DNA from: Candidatus Niyogibacteria bacterium
GTDB taxonomy: Bacteria; Patescibacteriota; Minisyncoccia; HO2-45-28
Length of the DNA stretch: 40,027 nucleotides
NCBI GenBank assembly: GCA_016177385.1
Contig: JACOVJ010000054.1
Span: 1-40,027, forward strand
Direction of reading: 5' to 3'
In this document: positions 23,051-30,440 of the stretch, piece after piece
How the letters are laid out: each line of letters starts with the position of its first letter
How positions within the stretch are numbered: position 1 is the first letter of the stretch
Made by a program: the position numbers and the translations under genes
Notes under the pieces: model-generated
Seen by the model: only the letters and a program-made list of their open reading frames with translations
What the model was told of the DNA's origin: nothing
The model's database searches: none

Positions 23051-23365
23051 ATGAACGGAGAACAAGGGTTGATCTACCATCAAGATTTTTGGAAAAATCC
23101 CCAGAATTGGATTTACATCGGCGTTGCTGCCATCGCGGTTATCGGTTTTGTTGCGATCCTTCTAAATTACAACCGGCCGAAAACAGAGGCGGAAATTCGC
23201 GCCGATGTATTAAATGCGCTCCGGCAATCGGAAGCGGCGCCGATCGCGCCCGAAGATCGGGCAAAAGTCCTGCAATCATTGCGCGCATCGCAAGTGCCCG
23301 TTGTCTCCGATGCCGAAAAGGCGCGGGTATTGGAAGCATTACGAGGAGGAACTTCAGCACAATGA
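23051..23365 (+). CDS. Small membrane-anchored protein with three VL-x2-LR repeats
   Basis: TM helix IYIGVAAIAVIGFVAILL, then ADVLNALRQS / AKVLQSLRAS / ARVLEALRGG. Confidence 0.6.
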   Translation: MNGEQGLIYHQDFWKNPQNWIYIGVAAIAVIGFVAILLNYNRPKTEAEIRADVLNALRQSEAAPIAPEDRAKVLQSLRASQVPVVSDAEKARVLEALRGGTSAQ

Positions 23366-25512
23366 GAAAGTTGATTTTATTTTCATTCATGGTGGTCGCG
23401 GGAGGCGTATATTTACTTTCTTTCAGTCACGTTTTTGCTCGAACGACCGCGGGTCTGGATGGCAACATAGAAGATGTTCAAAATATCCATTTTAAACCGG
23501 CTGGTGATGCGATAACGCGGTATTTAATGCAATATTTGCAGCCCCAAACATCCCCCCAGCGACCGGGAGGAATTCGTATTTGCAACGGATTTTACAGCGG
23601 CGTTGTCGCGACGTGTGACCAGACCGAATCCGGAGCGATTCCCGGTTTTTTTATGGACATCTATGGGGGTCTTGGCCTTCGGGCCGGCGTTCTTAATTTG
23701 GGCGGCGCGGAAATTACCTATAATGTCGCCGGCACCGGAATTACCGATCAGTTGGCGGTTTCGTACGATGGTCAGACATGGCAGCCGATCGGCGCGGGCG
23801 CGGGCACGGGCGGGGGAGCTGCCGCCGGATGGGTATTTGAAGAGCCGGTCATCCAGCCGCAACCGTCGCTCATTACGACCGCCGAAGGGGTCTCGAACCG
23901 CGTGGGTATCAATGTACAGGGGGCGTATCCGGGTCTGGCGACGTTCACCGTAAAACAGCCGGCGGCCTATACGATCTCGAATGTTCAGGTCGCGGGGAAC
24001 AAGATAACGCCGGCCGCCGGAGGCACCACGGACTTTTTCCGGCAGGCGCATATCGGCGACCGGATCACGGCATACGTCGGATTCCCAACGTTTCCGGAGA
24101 GCCATACGGTTTTGAGTGTCGGTTTGATCAACGGCATTGAAACGATCACGGTGGATGCCGCGTTCAGCCAAGGGAGCGGGAATACCCGCATTGATATTCT
24201 TCCCTCGATCATTCGCGTGGAGAATGCGGCGGGCGAGGTCGTTTTCGGCGTGGACGGCAGCGGGAACGTGGTAGGGTCGGGATGGCTGAACGAAGACGGC
24301 GTACTTACCACGCCGCTTGGCATTGCGGTGGACGGCGACAGCGTATTTTTCAACAAATTGGGGGTGGGCGGCCCTTTTGATCTTACAGATCCCACGGCAT
24401 CGCCTTCCGGCAATGAAAATTATGGCACGCTCACGGTTCGCGGGACGCTGGATGTTGAGGCGGGCTCATCTAAATTGGAGGAAGCGAATATTGATGGGGT
24501 GGGTTTAAATGAGATTTTCATCACATCCCCACAATTTAAAGTGGGCGATGCGATTCGATTGGCGCAGAACGGCGAGACCAAGGCGCGAACGACGATTACC
24601 TATGTGGATGCTTCAAATCGCGCGGCGCTCGCGAGCGCAGGTGGGTTGAGTGTTAACGCAACCTACGATTTGTTCAAAGACAGCCGTCTATTCGAAGTTC
24701 AAAATGGCGCCGGAGTCCCCAAATTAACAATGGATAAAAGCGGGAATATCAATGCGCCTAGCGGGCTTAATATTTCCGGTGGAGCCGCGATCGGTTCTTA
24801 TGCAGGCGTGAATCCGGCGCCCGTAAACGGATTGATCGTATCCGGTAATGTCGGCATCGGGACGGCGGCGCCGGGGGCGAAGTTGCACGTAGTTCAAACT
24901 ACGAAACTGGCTGGCAACGGAATTAAGATAACAACACCCTCGGAAATTACGGGAGAAATATTTGAGGGCGGTGGTACTGATTTGGCAATCGGCGCAACCA
25001 CAAATCACGCGGTGAATTTCATACAAGCTAACGCGCCGAGAATTACTTTAAATACTAATGGCACCGTCGACATCGGTTCTAATCCGATTCGCTTCTCTTC
25101 TGCTTGGACCGCTTCCCCTGACAGTGTTACTAACAGAGCAGAAATATCAAATGATACAGAAACATTCAAAACGTTGATGATTGTTGGAAATAAATCTGGT
25201 GGTGCGGAGCGCAGAGTTTCTATTTGGGATAGATTGGAAGTTAATGGCAAATTTTTAATAAACAACTCGCAAAAATTTAATACAGTAAAATATGTAAACG
25301 CGGGAGAGGATACGCGAACCCAATGCACTCACAACGCGGATACCTGCGATGGAAATAGAAACGCGGTTTACACCTGTTCTGTAACTGATGTAAAAACGTG
25401 TTGGGACGAATTCCAGGAAATTAGTGGGGGGGGTTGTAGCGTTGACAGTGGGTCGCGCTCAAGCAGGCTTGTTACATGCAAGGCAGCGGCATATTTACTA
25501 GCGGAACCATAG
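23362..25512 (+). CDS. Large secreted fibre-like protein with a Cys-rich C-terminal module
   Basis: ATGA overlap with the upstream stop; AGGAGGA RBS; signal peptide MRKLILFSFMVVAGGVYLLSFSHVFA; GNVGIGTAAPGAKLHV motif; 7 Cys in the last 60 aa. ORF 23089.. trimmed. Confidence 0.85.
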   Translation: MRKLILFSFMVVAGGVYLLSFSHVFARTTAGLDGNIEDVQNIHFKPAGDAITRYLMQYLQPQTSPQRPGGIRICNGFYSGVVATCDQTESGAIPGFFMDIYGGLGLRAGVLNLGGAEITYNVAGTGITDQLAVSYDGQTWQPIGAGAGTGGGAAAGWVFEEPVIQPQPSLITTAEGVSNRVGINVQGAYPGLATFTVKQPAAYTISNVQVAGNKITPAAGGTTDFFRQAHIGDRITAYVGFPTFPESHTVLSVGLINGIETITVDAAFSQGSGNTRIDILPSIIRVENAAGEVVFGVDGSGNVVGSGWLNEDGVLTTPLGIAVDGDSVFFNKLGVGGPFDLTDPTASPSGNENYGTLTVRGTLDVEAGSSKLEEANIDGVGLNEIFITSPQFKVGDAIRLAQNGETKARTTITYVDASNRAALASAGGLSVNATYDLFKDSRLFEVQNGAGVPKLTMDKSGNINAPSGLNISGGAAIGSYAGVNPAPVNGLIVSGNVGIGTAAPGAKLHVVQTTKLAGNGIKITTPSEITGEIFEGGGTDLAIGATTNHAVNFIQANAPRITLNTNGTVDIGSNPIRFSSAWTASPDSVTNRAEISNDTETFKTLMIVGNKSGGAERRVSIWDRLEVNGKFLINNSQKFNTVKYVNAGEDTRTQCTHNADTCDGNRNAVYTCSVTDVKTCWDEFQEISGGGCSVDSGSRSSRLVTCKAAAYLLAEP

Positions 25513-25564
25513 GAATCTAGCGTCGTGAAATTTATCGGGGGTGGAACTCGATAGTAGAATCCCA

Positions 25565-25608
25565 CGAGGTTCTTCCTCGTAAGATTCGAGGTTCTTCCTC
25601 GTAAGATT
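25565..25608. repeat. Perfect tandem duplication of a 22-nt hairpin unit
   Basis: CGAGGTTCTTCCTCGTAAGATT twice (25565-25586 and 25587-25608), bracketed by TAGAATC / GATTCTA. Confidence 0.9.
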
Positions 25609-25633
25609 CTAATCAAGGACGATTTCTAAATTC

Positions 25634-25653
25634 TACGAGGCTCGGCCTCATAC
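25634..25653. repeat. REP-like hairpin A (GAGGC-TCG-GCCTC), overlapping the transposase stop
   Basis: TACGAGGCTCGGCCTCATAC. Confidence 0.85.
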
Positions 25654-26343
25654 ATTGTTATCTAGAGCCACTTCGTCCATTTCTTCTGTATTAGTTTTCC
25701 AATCCCGGATCCATTCTTTAGTTTTTTGTTTATAGTTTTGTTTGCCATCAAAATAATCTAAAAGAAAATCTCGCGTCGTTATCGACGGGAAGTTTTTCTT
25801 TCCCATATAATCCGGAAAACTGCTCCATCGATAGTTTTCTAAAAATTGCATCCGCACACTTAATGAGGCCGAGCCTCGTACCCGTACGTTTTGCAGATCA
25901 AGCGGATTCATGTGTATGTAATGGGGAATGTGCATGAGATGCGATTCGCGGTCAATGCGAATCGCCTTGAATTTCCCTTGAAAAAGAGGGCCGACGCGCT
26001 TATATTTTTGATTGAAATACATTACATAACCAGTTCCCAATTTGTGCATAAATCTTGGAACCCCACTCTCATCTTTTGCGCGCACCAACAAGTGAAAGTG
26101 ATTTGGCATCAGCGTAAATATCAAAATATCCACCAATTGTTTCCTTGATGTATGAGGCTCGGCCTCATACGATTTGATGTGGGGCTTGCAATGGGCATCA
26201 AGAGCGGGTGCTTCGTCATTGAATTCAAAAAGATTATGAATAAATCTGTAATAATCTTTTTCATTTGAGAAGATATTTCTCTTCTCAACGCCGCGGTTAT
26301 AAATATGATATATCTCATTTTCCGCAAAGCTTTCTTTTCTCAT
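25648..26343 (-). CDS. Y1 HUH transposase, IS200-like / REP-associated (RAYT-like)
   Basis: YHIYNRG, MPNHFHLLV (HUH), GPLFQGKFKA, HYIHMNP (catalytic Tyr region), ENYRWSS. Confidence 0.9.
   Translation of the reverse strand: MRKESFAENEIYHIYNRGVEKRNIFSNEKDYYRFIHNLFEFNDEAPALDAHCKPHIKSYEAEPHTSRKQLVDILIFTLMPNHFHLLVRAKDESGVPRFMHKLGTGYVMYFNQKYKRVGPLFQGKFKAIRIDRESHLMHIPHYIHMNPLDLQNVRVRGSASLSVRMQFLENYRWSSFPDYMGKKNFPSITTRDFLLDYFDGKQNYKQKTKEWIRDWKTNTEEMDEVALDNNV
25863..25880. repeat. REP-like hairpin B (GAGGC-CGA-GCCTC), inside the CDS
   Basis: ATGAGGCCGAGCCTCGTA; encodes RGSAS. Confidence 0.85.
26151..26172. repeat. REP-like hairpin C (GAGGC-TCG-GCCTC), inside the CDS
   Basis: TATGAGGCTCGGCCTCATACGA; encodes SYEAEPHT. 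Confidence 0.85.
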
Positions 26344-26349
26344 AAAGGA

Positions 26350-26358
26350 ATGATAACA
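26350..26358 (-). promoter_or_regulatory. Extended -10 TGTTATCAT, 6 nt upstream of the transposase ATG
   Basis: The reverse complement of 26341-26362 reads TTCATGTTATCATTCCTTTATG. Confidence 0.45.
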
Positions 26359-26367
26359 TGAATAAAG

Positions 26368-26388
26368 TATGAGGCCGAGCCTCAGTAA
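26368..26388. repeat. REP-like hairpin D (GAGGC-CGA-GCCTC), upstream of the transposase
   Basis: GTATGAGGCCGAGCCTCAGTA. Confidence 0.85.
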
Positions 26389-26483
26389 CTTAATCTATCC
26401 AGCGACCTATTATTGATGTGATGCCAACTGCAGCGCGGTTTTGGTTGCGGCGGCATTTTGGGATGTGGTAGCATTTTAGGCAT

Positions 26484-27221
26484 ATGGAAAACTCAACAAC
26501 CAACGAAAGTGGAGGGGGAGAGAAGCAGTCGCCGTTCATCATTCCCGGGACGATCCTGCTTGCGGCCGTGATCGTGGCGGGAGCCATTATGTATGCAAGC
26601 GGCGGGAAAACCGCAAAAGCGCCGGACGGCGAAGACCAGCAAGCGGCCGCTGCGGGCGCGTCCGAGGATGCGCAGCGATTACTTCAGGCCGAGCCGGGGG
26701 ATTTTGTGCTGGGCAATCCCGAAGCGCCCGTTACGCTCGTGGAGTTCGCGGATTTCCAGTGTCCGTTTTGCGGACGGTTTTTCAAGCAGACACTTCCGCA
26801 GATCAAGGATAAGTACGTGAAAACCGGACAGGTAAAATTCATCTTCCGCGATTTTGCGTTCTTGGGTGAGGAATCGTTCAGGGCGGCAGAGGCCGCCCGA
26901 TGCGCGGGCGAGCAGAGAAAATTCTGGGAGTATCATGATTATCTTTACAACCATCAAAGCGGCGAGAATGAAGGGGCGTTTGCCGACACCAACCTTAAGA
27001 AATTCGCGCTGACCCTAGGCCTCGACCAGGAATCTTTTGATGCATGCCTTGATTCCGGTAAATACCGCGAATTGGTTGAAAAAGAGTCGTCGGGCGGCAA
27101 TGACCTCGGTGTTTCGGGAACCCCGACCACGTTCGTGAACGGAAAATCCGTGGTCGGAGCCGTTCCGTTTTCCGAGATCGACAAAGAGATCCAGGCGGCG
27201 CTTCAGGCAGCGGGGGAGTAA
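26484..27221 (+). CDS. DsbA-like thiol:disulfide oxidoreductase, second copy, membrane-anchored
   Basis: FADFQCPFCGRF (CxxC), GTPTTFVNG, N-terminal TM helix. Confidence 0.85.
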   Translation: MENSTTNESGGGEKQSPFIIPGTILLAAVIVAGAIMYASGGKTAKAPDGEDQQAAAAGASEDAQRLLQAEPGDFVLGNPEAPVTLVEFADFQCPFCGRFFKQTLPQIKDKYVKTGQVKFIFRDFAFLGEESFRAAEAARCAGEQRKFWEYHDYLYNHQSGENEGAFADTNLKKFALTLGLDQESFDACLDSGKYRELVEKESSGGNDLGVSGTPTTFVNGKSVVGAVPFSEIDKEIQAALQAAGE

Positions 27222-27227
27222 TTCTAT

Positions 27228-28229
27228 ATGGCGGCGCTTTATGACGTTATCATCATCGGCGGCGGGCCGGCCGGGTGCGCTGCGGCCGTGTATGCCGCGC
27301 GCAAACAACTGAAGACCCTGCTTATCACCGAATCGTTCGGCGGGCAATCCATCGTGTCGGACGATATTCAGAATTGGATCGGCGAGCCGCATATTTCGGG
27401 ATTTGACCTTGCAAAAAAACTCGAGGCGCATGTCCGCGCCTATTCCGAGCAGGTGGCCATCGCGATGCCGGAGCGTGCCGTAAAAGTGCGCGCGGAGCGG
27501 TGCCTGCCTACCGGACAGGCAGGCGCTGTCGGTGAGGAGCGCATGTGCGATTTTGAAGTGGATACGGATAAGGGGAACGCCTACATCGGCAAAACCATTG
27601 TCCTCGTCGCGGGGGCACGAAGACGCAAACTCGGCATTCCGGGCGAGGACAAATTCGAAGGCAAGGGTGTCGCGTATTGCTCGACCTGTGATGCGCCGCT
27701 TTTTTCGGGTAAGCGCGTGGCGGTCGTGGGCGGCGGAAATGCGGGACTCGAAGCCGTACAGGATCTTTTTCCGTATGCGTCCGAAGTTACCATTATAGAA
27801 TACGGCGAAGCGCTTAAGGGCGATCCGGTGACGCAGGAAGAGATCAAAAAGAACCCGAAATTGAAAGACATCATTCTGAATGCCCAAACGCTTGAGGTGT
27901 TGGGCGACAAAACCGTATCGGGTTTGAAATATAAAGACCGCGCGACGGGCGAGGAAAAAGTTCTTGAGGTCGACGGCATTTTCGTCGAGATCGGTTCGGT
28001 TCCTAATTCCGAAATGGTCAAGGACCTAGTTGAGCTCGATAAATGGGGACAGGTGATCATCGATTCCAAGCACGCCTCCACGTCGCATGCCGGTATCTTT
28101 GCAGCGGGCGATATCACGGATGATCCGTACAAACAGAACAACGTTTCGGCGGGCGATGCCGTGAAGGCGGCGCTCGCCACGTATGCGTATCTGCAAAAAC
28201 GCGAAAAGCAAAGCCCGGCCGCCGCATAA
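27228..28229 (+). CDS. trxB: Thioredoxin-disulfide reductase family flavoprotein (TrxB/AhpF-like)
   Basis: YDVIIIGGGPAGCAAAVYA, GVAYCSTCDAPLF, VAVVGGGNAGLEA, IFAAGD. Confidence 0.85.
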   Translation: MAALYDVIIIGGGPAGCAAAVYAARKQLKTLLITESFGGQSIVSDDIQNWIGEPHISGFDLAKKLEAHVRAYSEQVAIAMPERAVKVRAERCLPTGQAGAVGEERMCDFEVDTDKGNAYIGKTIVLVAGARRRKLGIPGEDKFEGKGVAYCSTCDAPLFSGKRVAVVGGGNAGLEAVQDLFPYASEVTIIEYGEALKGDPVTQEEIKKNPKLKDIILNAQTLEVLGDKTVSGLKYKDRATGEEKVLEVDGIFVEIGSVPNSEMVKDLVELDKWGQVIIDSKHASTSHAGIFAAGDITDDPYKQNNVSAGDAVKAALATYAYLQKREKQSPAAA

Positions 28230-28231
28230 TC

Positions 28232-28240
28232 TGGTATACT
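28232..28240 (+). promoter_or_regulatory. Extended -10 TGGTATACT, 6 nt upstream of ATG 28247
   Basis: TGnTAnnnT pattern at fixed spacing. Confidence 0.45.
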
Positions 28241-28246
28241 AGTGAT

Positions 28247-29251
28247 ATGAAAATCGCGATCAACGGTTTCGGCAGGATCGGCAGGGTATTTTTCCGCCAC
28301 GCATTCGGCGAGCGCGGCATTGAGATCGTCGCGGTCAACGACCTCGGAAGTTGTGCGAATCTTGCATATTTGCTCGCGCACGATTCCGTGTACGGGCGAT
28401 ACGAAAAAGAAGTTTCGACCGAGGACGGATATCTCGTCGTGGACGGAACGCGCATCCGGTTTTTGCAGGAAAAGGACCCCGCAAAACTGCCGTGGAGCGA
28501 GCTCGGCATCGATATTGCCGTTGAGTCCACGGGCGTTTTTGATTCGTACGAAAAAGCAAAAACGCATCTGGATGCGGGAGCGAAGCGCGTGGTGATAACG
28601 GCTCCGGCAAAAGACGAGGGGGAAACCAAGACATTCACGCCGAATGTCGGCATGGATTTTGCGGCGGCGGGAAAGATCACCTCGAACGCATCCTGCACCA
28701 CGAACGCCGCAACGCCGGTCATGGCGGTTCTGATGCAAAATCCGGGCATTAAAAAGGCGCTGCTCAATACGGTGCATGGATATACGGCATCGCAGGGATT
28801 GGTGGACGGCACCGCGACCAAGGATTTTCGCAGGGGGCGCGCGGCCGGCGTGAATATTTCGCCATCGTCCACGGGCGCGGCCGAAGCGGTGGTCAAAGCC
28901 ATTCCGGGGGCCGAGGGGCGGTTCGACGGCATTGCGATGCGGGTGCCCGTGATCTCGGGCTCGCTCATCGACTTCACGTTTGTAGCAGAGCGCCAAACGT
29001 CGGCCGAGGAGGTCAATGATATTTTCCGTGCGGCCGCCGCATCCAAAGAATGGAAAGGGATCCTGCGCGTGACCGAGGAGCCGCTGGTTTCGACGGATAT
29101 TTTGCGCGACCCGCACGGCTCGATCGTGGATCTTGCGATGACGCGGGTGGTTGCAGGTGATCTCGTTAAAGTGCTTTCGTGGTACGACAACGAATGGGGG
29201 TACGGCGCGATGCTCTTAAAGCACATCGAGAGTTTGAAAAATTATCTTTAG
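28247..29251 (+). CDS. gap: Glyceraldehyde-3-phosphate dehydrogenase
   Basis: KIAINGFGRIGR, SNASCTTN, WYDNEWGY. Confidence 0.95.
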   Translation: MKIAINGFGRIGRVFFRHAFGERGIEIVAVNDLGSCANLAYLLAHDSVYGRYEKEVSTEDGYLVVDGTRIRFLQEKDPAKLPWSELGIDIAVESTGVFDSYEKAKTHLDAGAKRVVITAPAKDEGETKTFTPNVGMDFAAAGKITSNASCTTNAATPVMAVLMQNPGIKKALLNTVHGYTASQGLVDGTATKDFRRGRAAGVNISPSSTGAAEAVVKAIPGAEGRFDGIAMRVPVISGSLIDFTFVAERQTSAEEVNDIFRAAAASKEWKGILRVTEEPLVSTDILRDPHGSIVDLAMTRVVAGDLVKVLSWYDNEWGYGAMLLKHIESLKNYL

Positions 29252-29328
29252 GCGTTTACGCGCTTTCCATTTTCTTTTCTCGACACGCTCGAATGCCCCT
29301 GCGAGGCATTCTTACTCACTCCAATTTT

Positions 29329-29787
29329 GTGAAAATCTATCTTGCATCCGATCACGCCGGTTTTGAACTGAAAGAAAAAATTAAAAAATACCTCACGGAA
29401 CTCGGCCACGCAGTCGAGGATAGGGGTCCCGCGCGGTTCGACCCCGAAGACGACTATCCCGATCTTATTCGTCCGGCCGCCGAAGCAGTGGCTGCGGACC
29501 CGGAATCGCGCGGTATTATTTTGGGTGGTTCCGGCCAAGGCGAGGCGATGGTCGCGAACCGCATTCGCGGAATTCGCGCCGTCGTATTTTACGGCGGGCA
29601 ATGGGTTGGGCACGGTGATCGCGTTGTCAAACTTTCGCGCGATCACAATGACGCCAACATCCTATCGCTTGGCGCGCGGTTTATGGATTTTCTCATGGCC
29701 CAGCGCGCGATCGACCTGTGGTTAAAGACCCCGTTTTCGCGTGACGAGCGTCACCTGCGCCGTATTAAAAAAATCGATCCCGTATGA
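29329..29787 (+). CDS. rpiB: Ribose-5-phosphate isomerase B
   Basis: (V)KIYLASDHAGFELKE, GILLGGSGQGEAMVANR. GTG 29329 chosen by N-terminal similarity to RpiB; the ATG at 29293 is an alternative. Confidence 0.8.
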   Translation: MKIYLASDHAGFELKEKIKKYLTELGHAVEDRGPARFDPEDDYPDLIRPAAEAVAADPESRGIILGGSGQGEAMVANRIRGIRAVVFYGGQWVGHGDRVVKLSRDHNDANILSLGARFMDFLMAQRAIDLWLKTPFSRDERHLRRIKKIDPV

Positions 29788-30434
29788 CCGCGCTGATTCC
29801 CGCCATTAACGCCGAAACATTCGAGGAGGTCGTGCGTCGCATCCGCATGCTTGAGCCGCTCGCGGAGAAATTCGGTTTTAATACGGTCCACCTGGATGTT
29901 GCGGACGGCACGTTCACCGAAAATACGATCTGGCATGATGCGCGCGAACTAGTCGGCTTCGAAACCCCCTTAGCGATCGAGGCGCATTTGATGCTTGCCG
30001 AAATAGATATGCGCCTCGAGGGATGGCTTTTTGACCCGATGACACGCATCATTTTTCATAAGGAAGCTGCGCACGACCCCTCATTCGTCATCCAAAAATG
30101 CCGCGACGCGAAAATAGGGGTCGGCATTGCGGTCCGTCCGGAAACCGACTGGAAAGTGACCAAGCCCTATTGGAGCGCGGTTGATTGCGTCCAGCTGCTG
30201 TCGGTCATTCCCGGTCGCGCCGGACAGGCGATACAGGAGGGCACCACGGACAAGCTCCGAGCCTTACGTGCAGCATGCCCTTCCTGTACAATAGAAGTCG
30301 ACGGCGGCGTTTCGGCGCGGAATGCGAAAGAATTGAAAGACGCCGGCGCGGACTGGTTGGTGGCGGCATCCGCGATTTTTGATGCGCCCGACGTGGAAGG
30401 AGCGATCGCAAATTTAACGCAGGCGGTTTCATAG
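29784..30434 (+). CDS. rpe: Ribulose-phosphate 3-epimerase-like protein
   Basis: HLDVADGTF, EAHLM, VDGGV, TIM-barrel length; 4-nt overlap with rpiB. Confidence 0.8.
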   Translation: MTALIPAINAETFEEVVRRIRMLEPLAEKFGFNTVHLDVADGTFTENTIWHDARELVGFETPLAIEAHLMLAEIDMRLEGWLFDPMTRIIFHKEAAHDPSFVIQKCRDAKIGVGIAVRPETDWKVTKPYWSAVDCVQLLSVIPGRAGQAIQEGTTDKLRALRAACPSCTIEVDGGVSARNAKELKDAGADWLVAASAIFDAPDVEGAIANLTQAVS

Positions 30435-30440
30435 ATTTTC

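Noticed and set aside
19432-25512. Diversity-generating retroelement (template/variable repeat pair) in the surface-protein genes
   Set aside because: There is no reverse transcriptase gene in the window. The only internal similarities, such as ITYSFWW(N/D)C, are diverged domain repeats rather than near-identical TR/VR pairs with adenine-specific differences.
27581-29226. 511-aa and 370-aa - strand ORFs antisense to trxB and gap
   Set aside because: They overlap two strongly recognisable + strand genes, have no motifs and show biased composition. These are antisense shadow ORFs. The same reasoning applies to 17233..17955, 8070..8693, 23524..24171, 31680..32327, 34585..35094 and 35177..35770.
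29291-29311. Hairpin GAATGCC-CCTGCGA-GGCATTC between gap and rpiB as a terminator
   Set aside because: It has only a 7-bp stem with no following T-run, and it overlaps an alternative rpiB start (ATG 29293). The evidence is insufficient to call.
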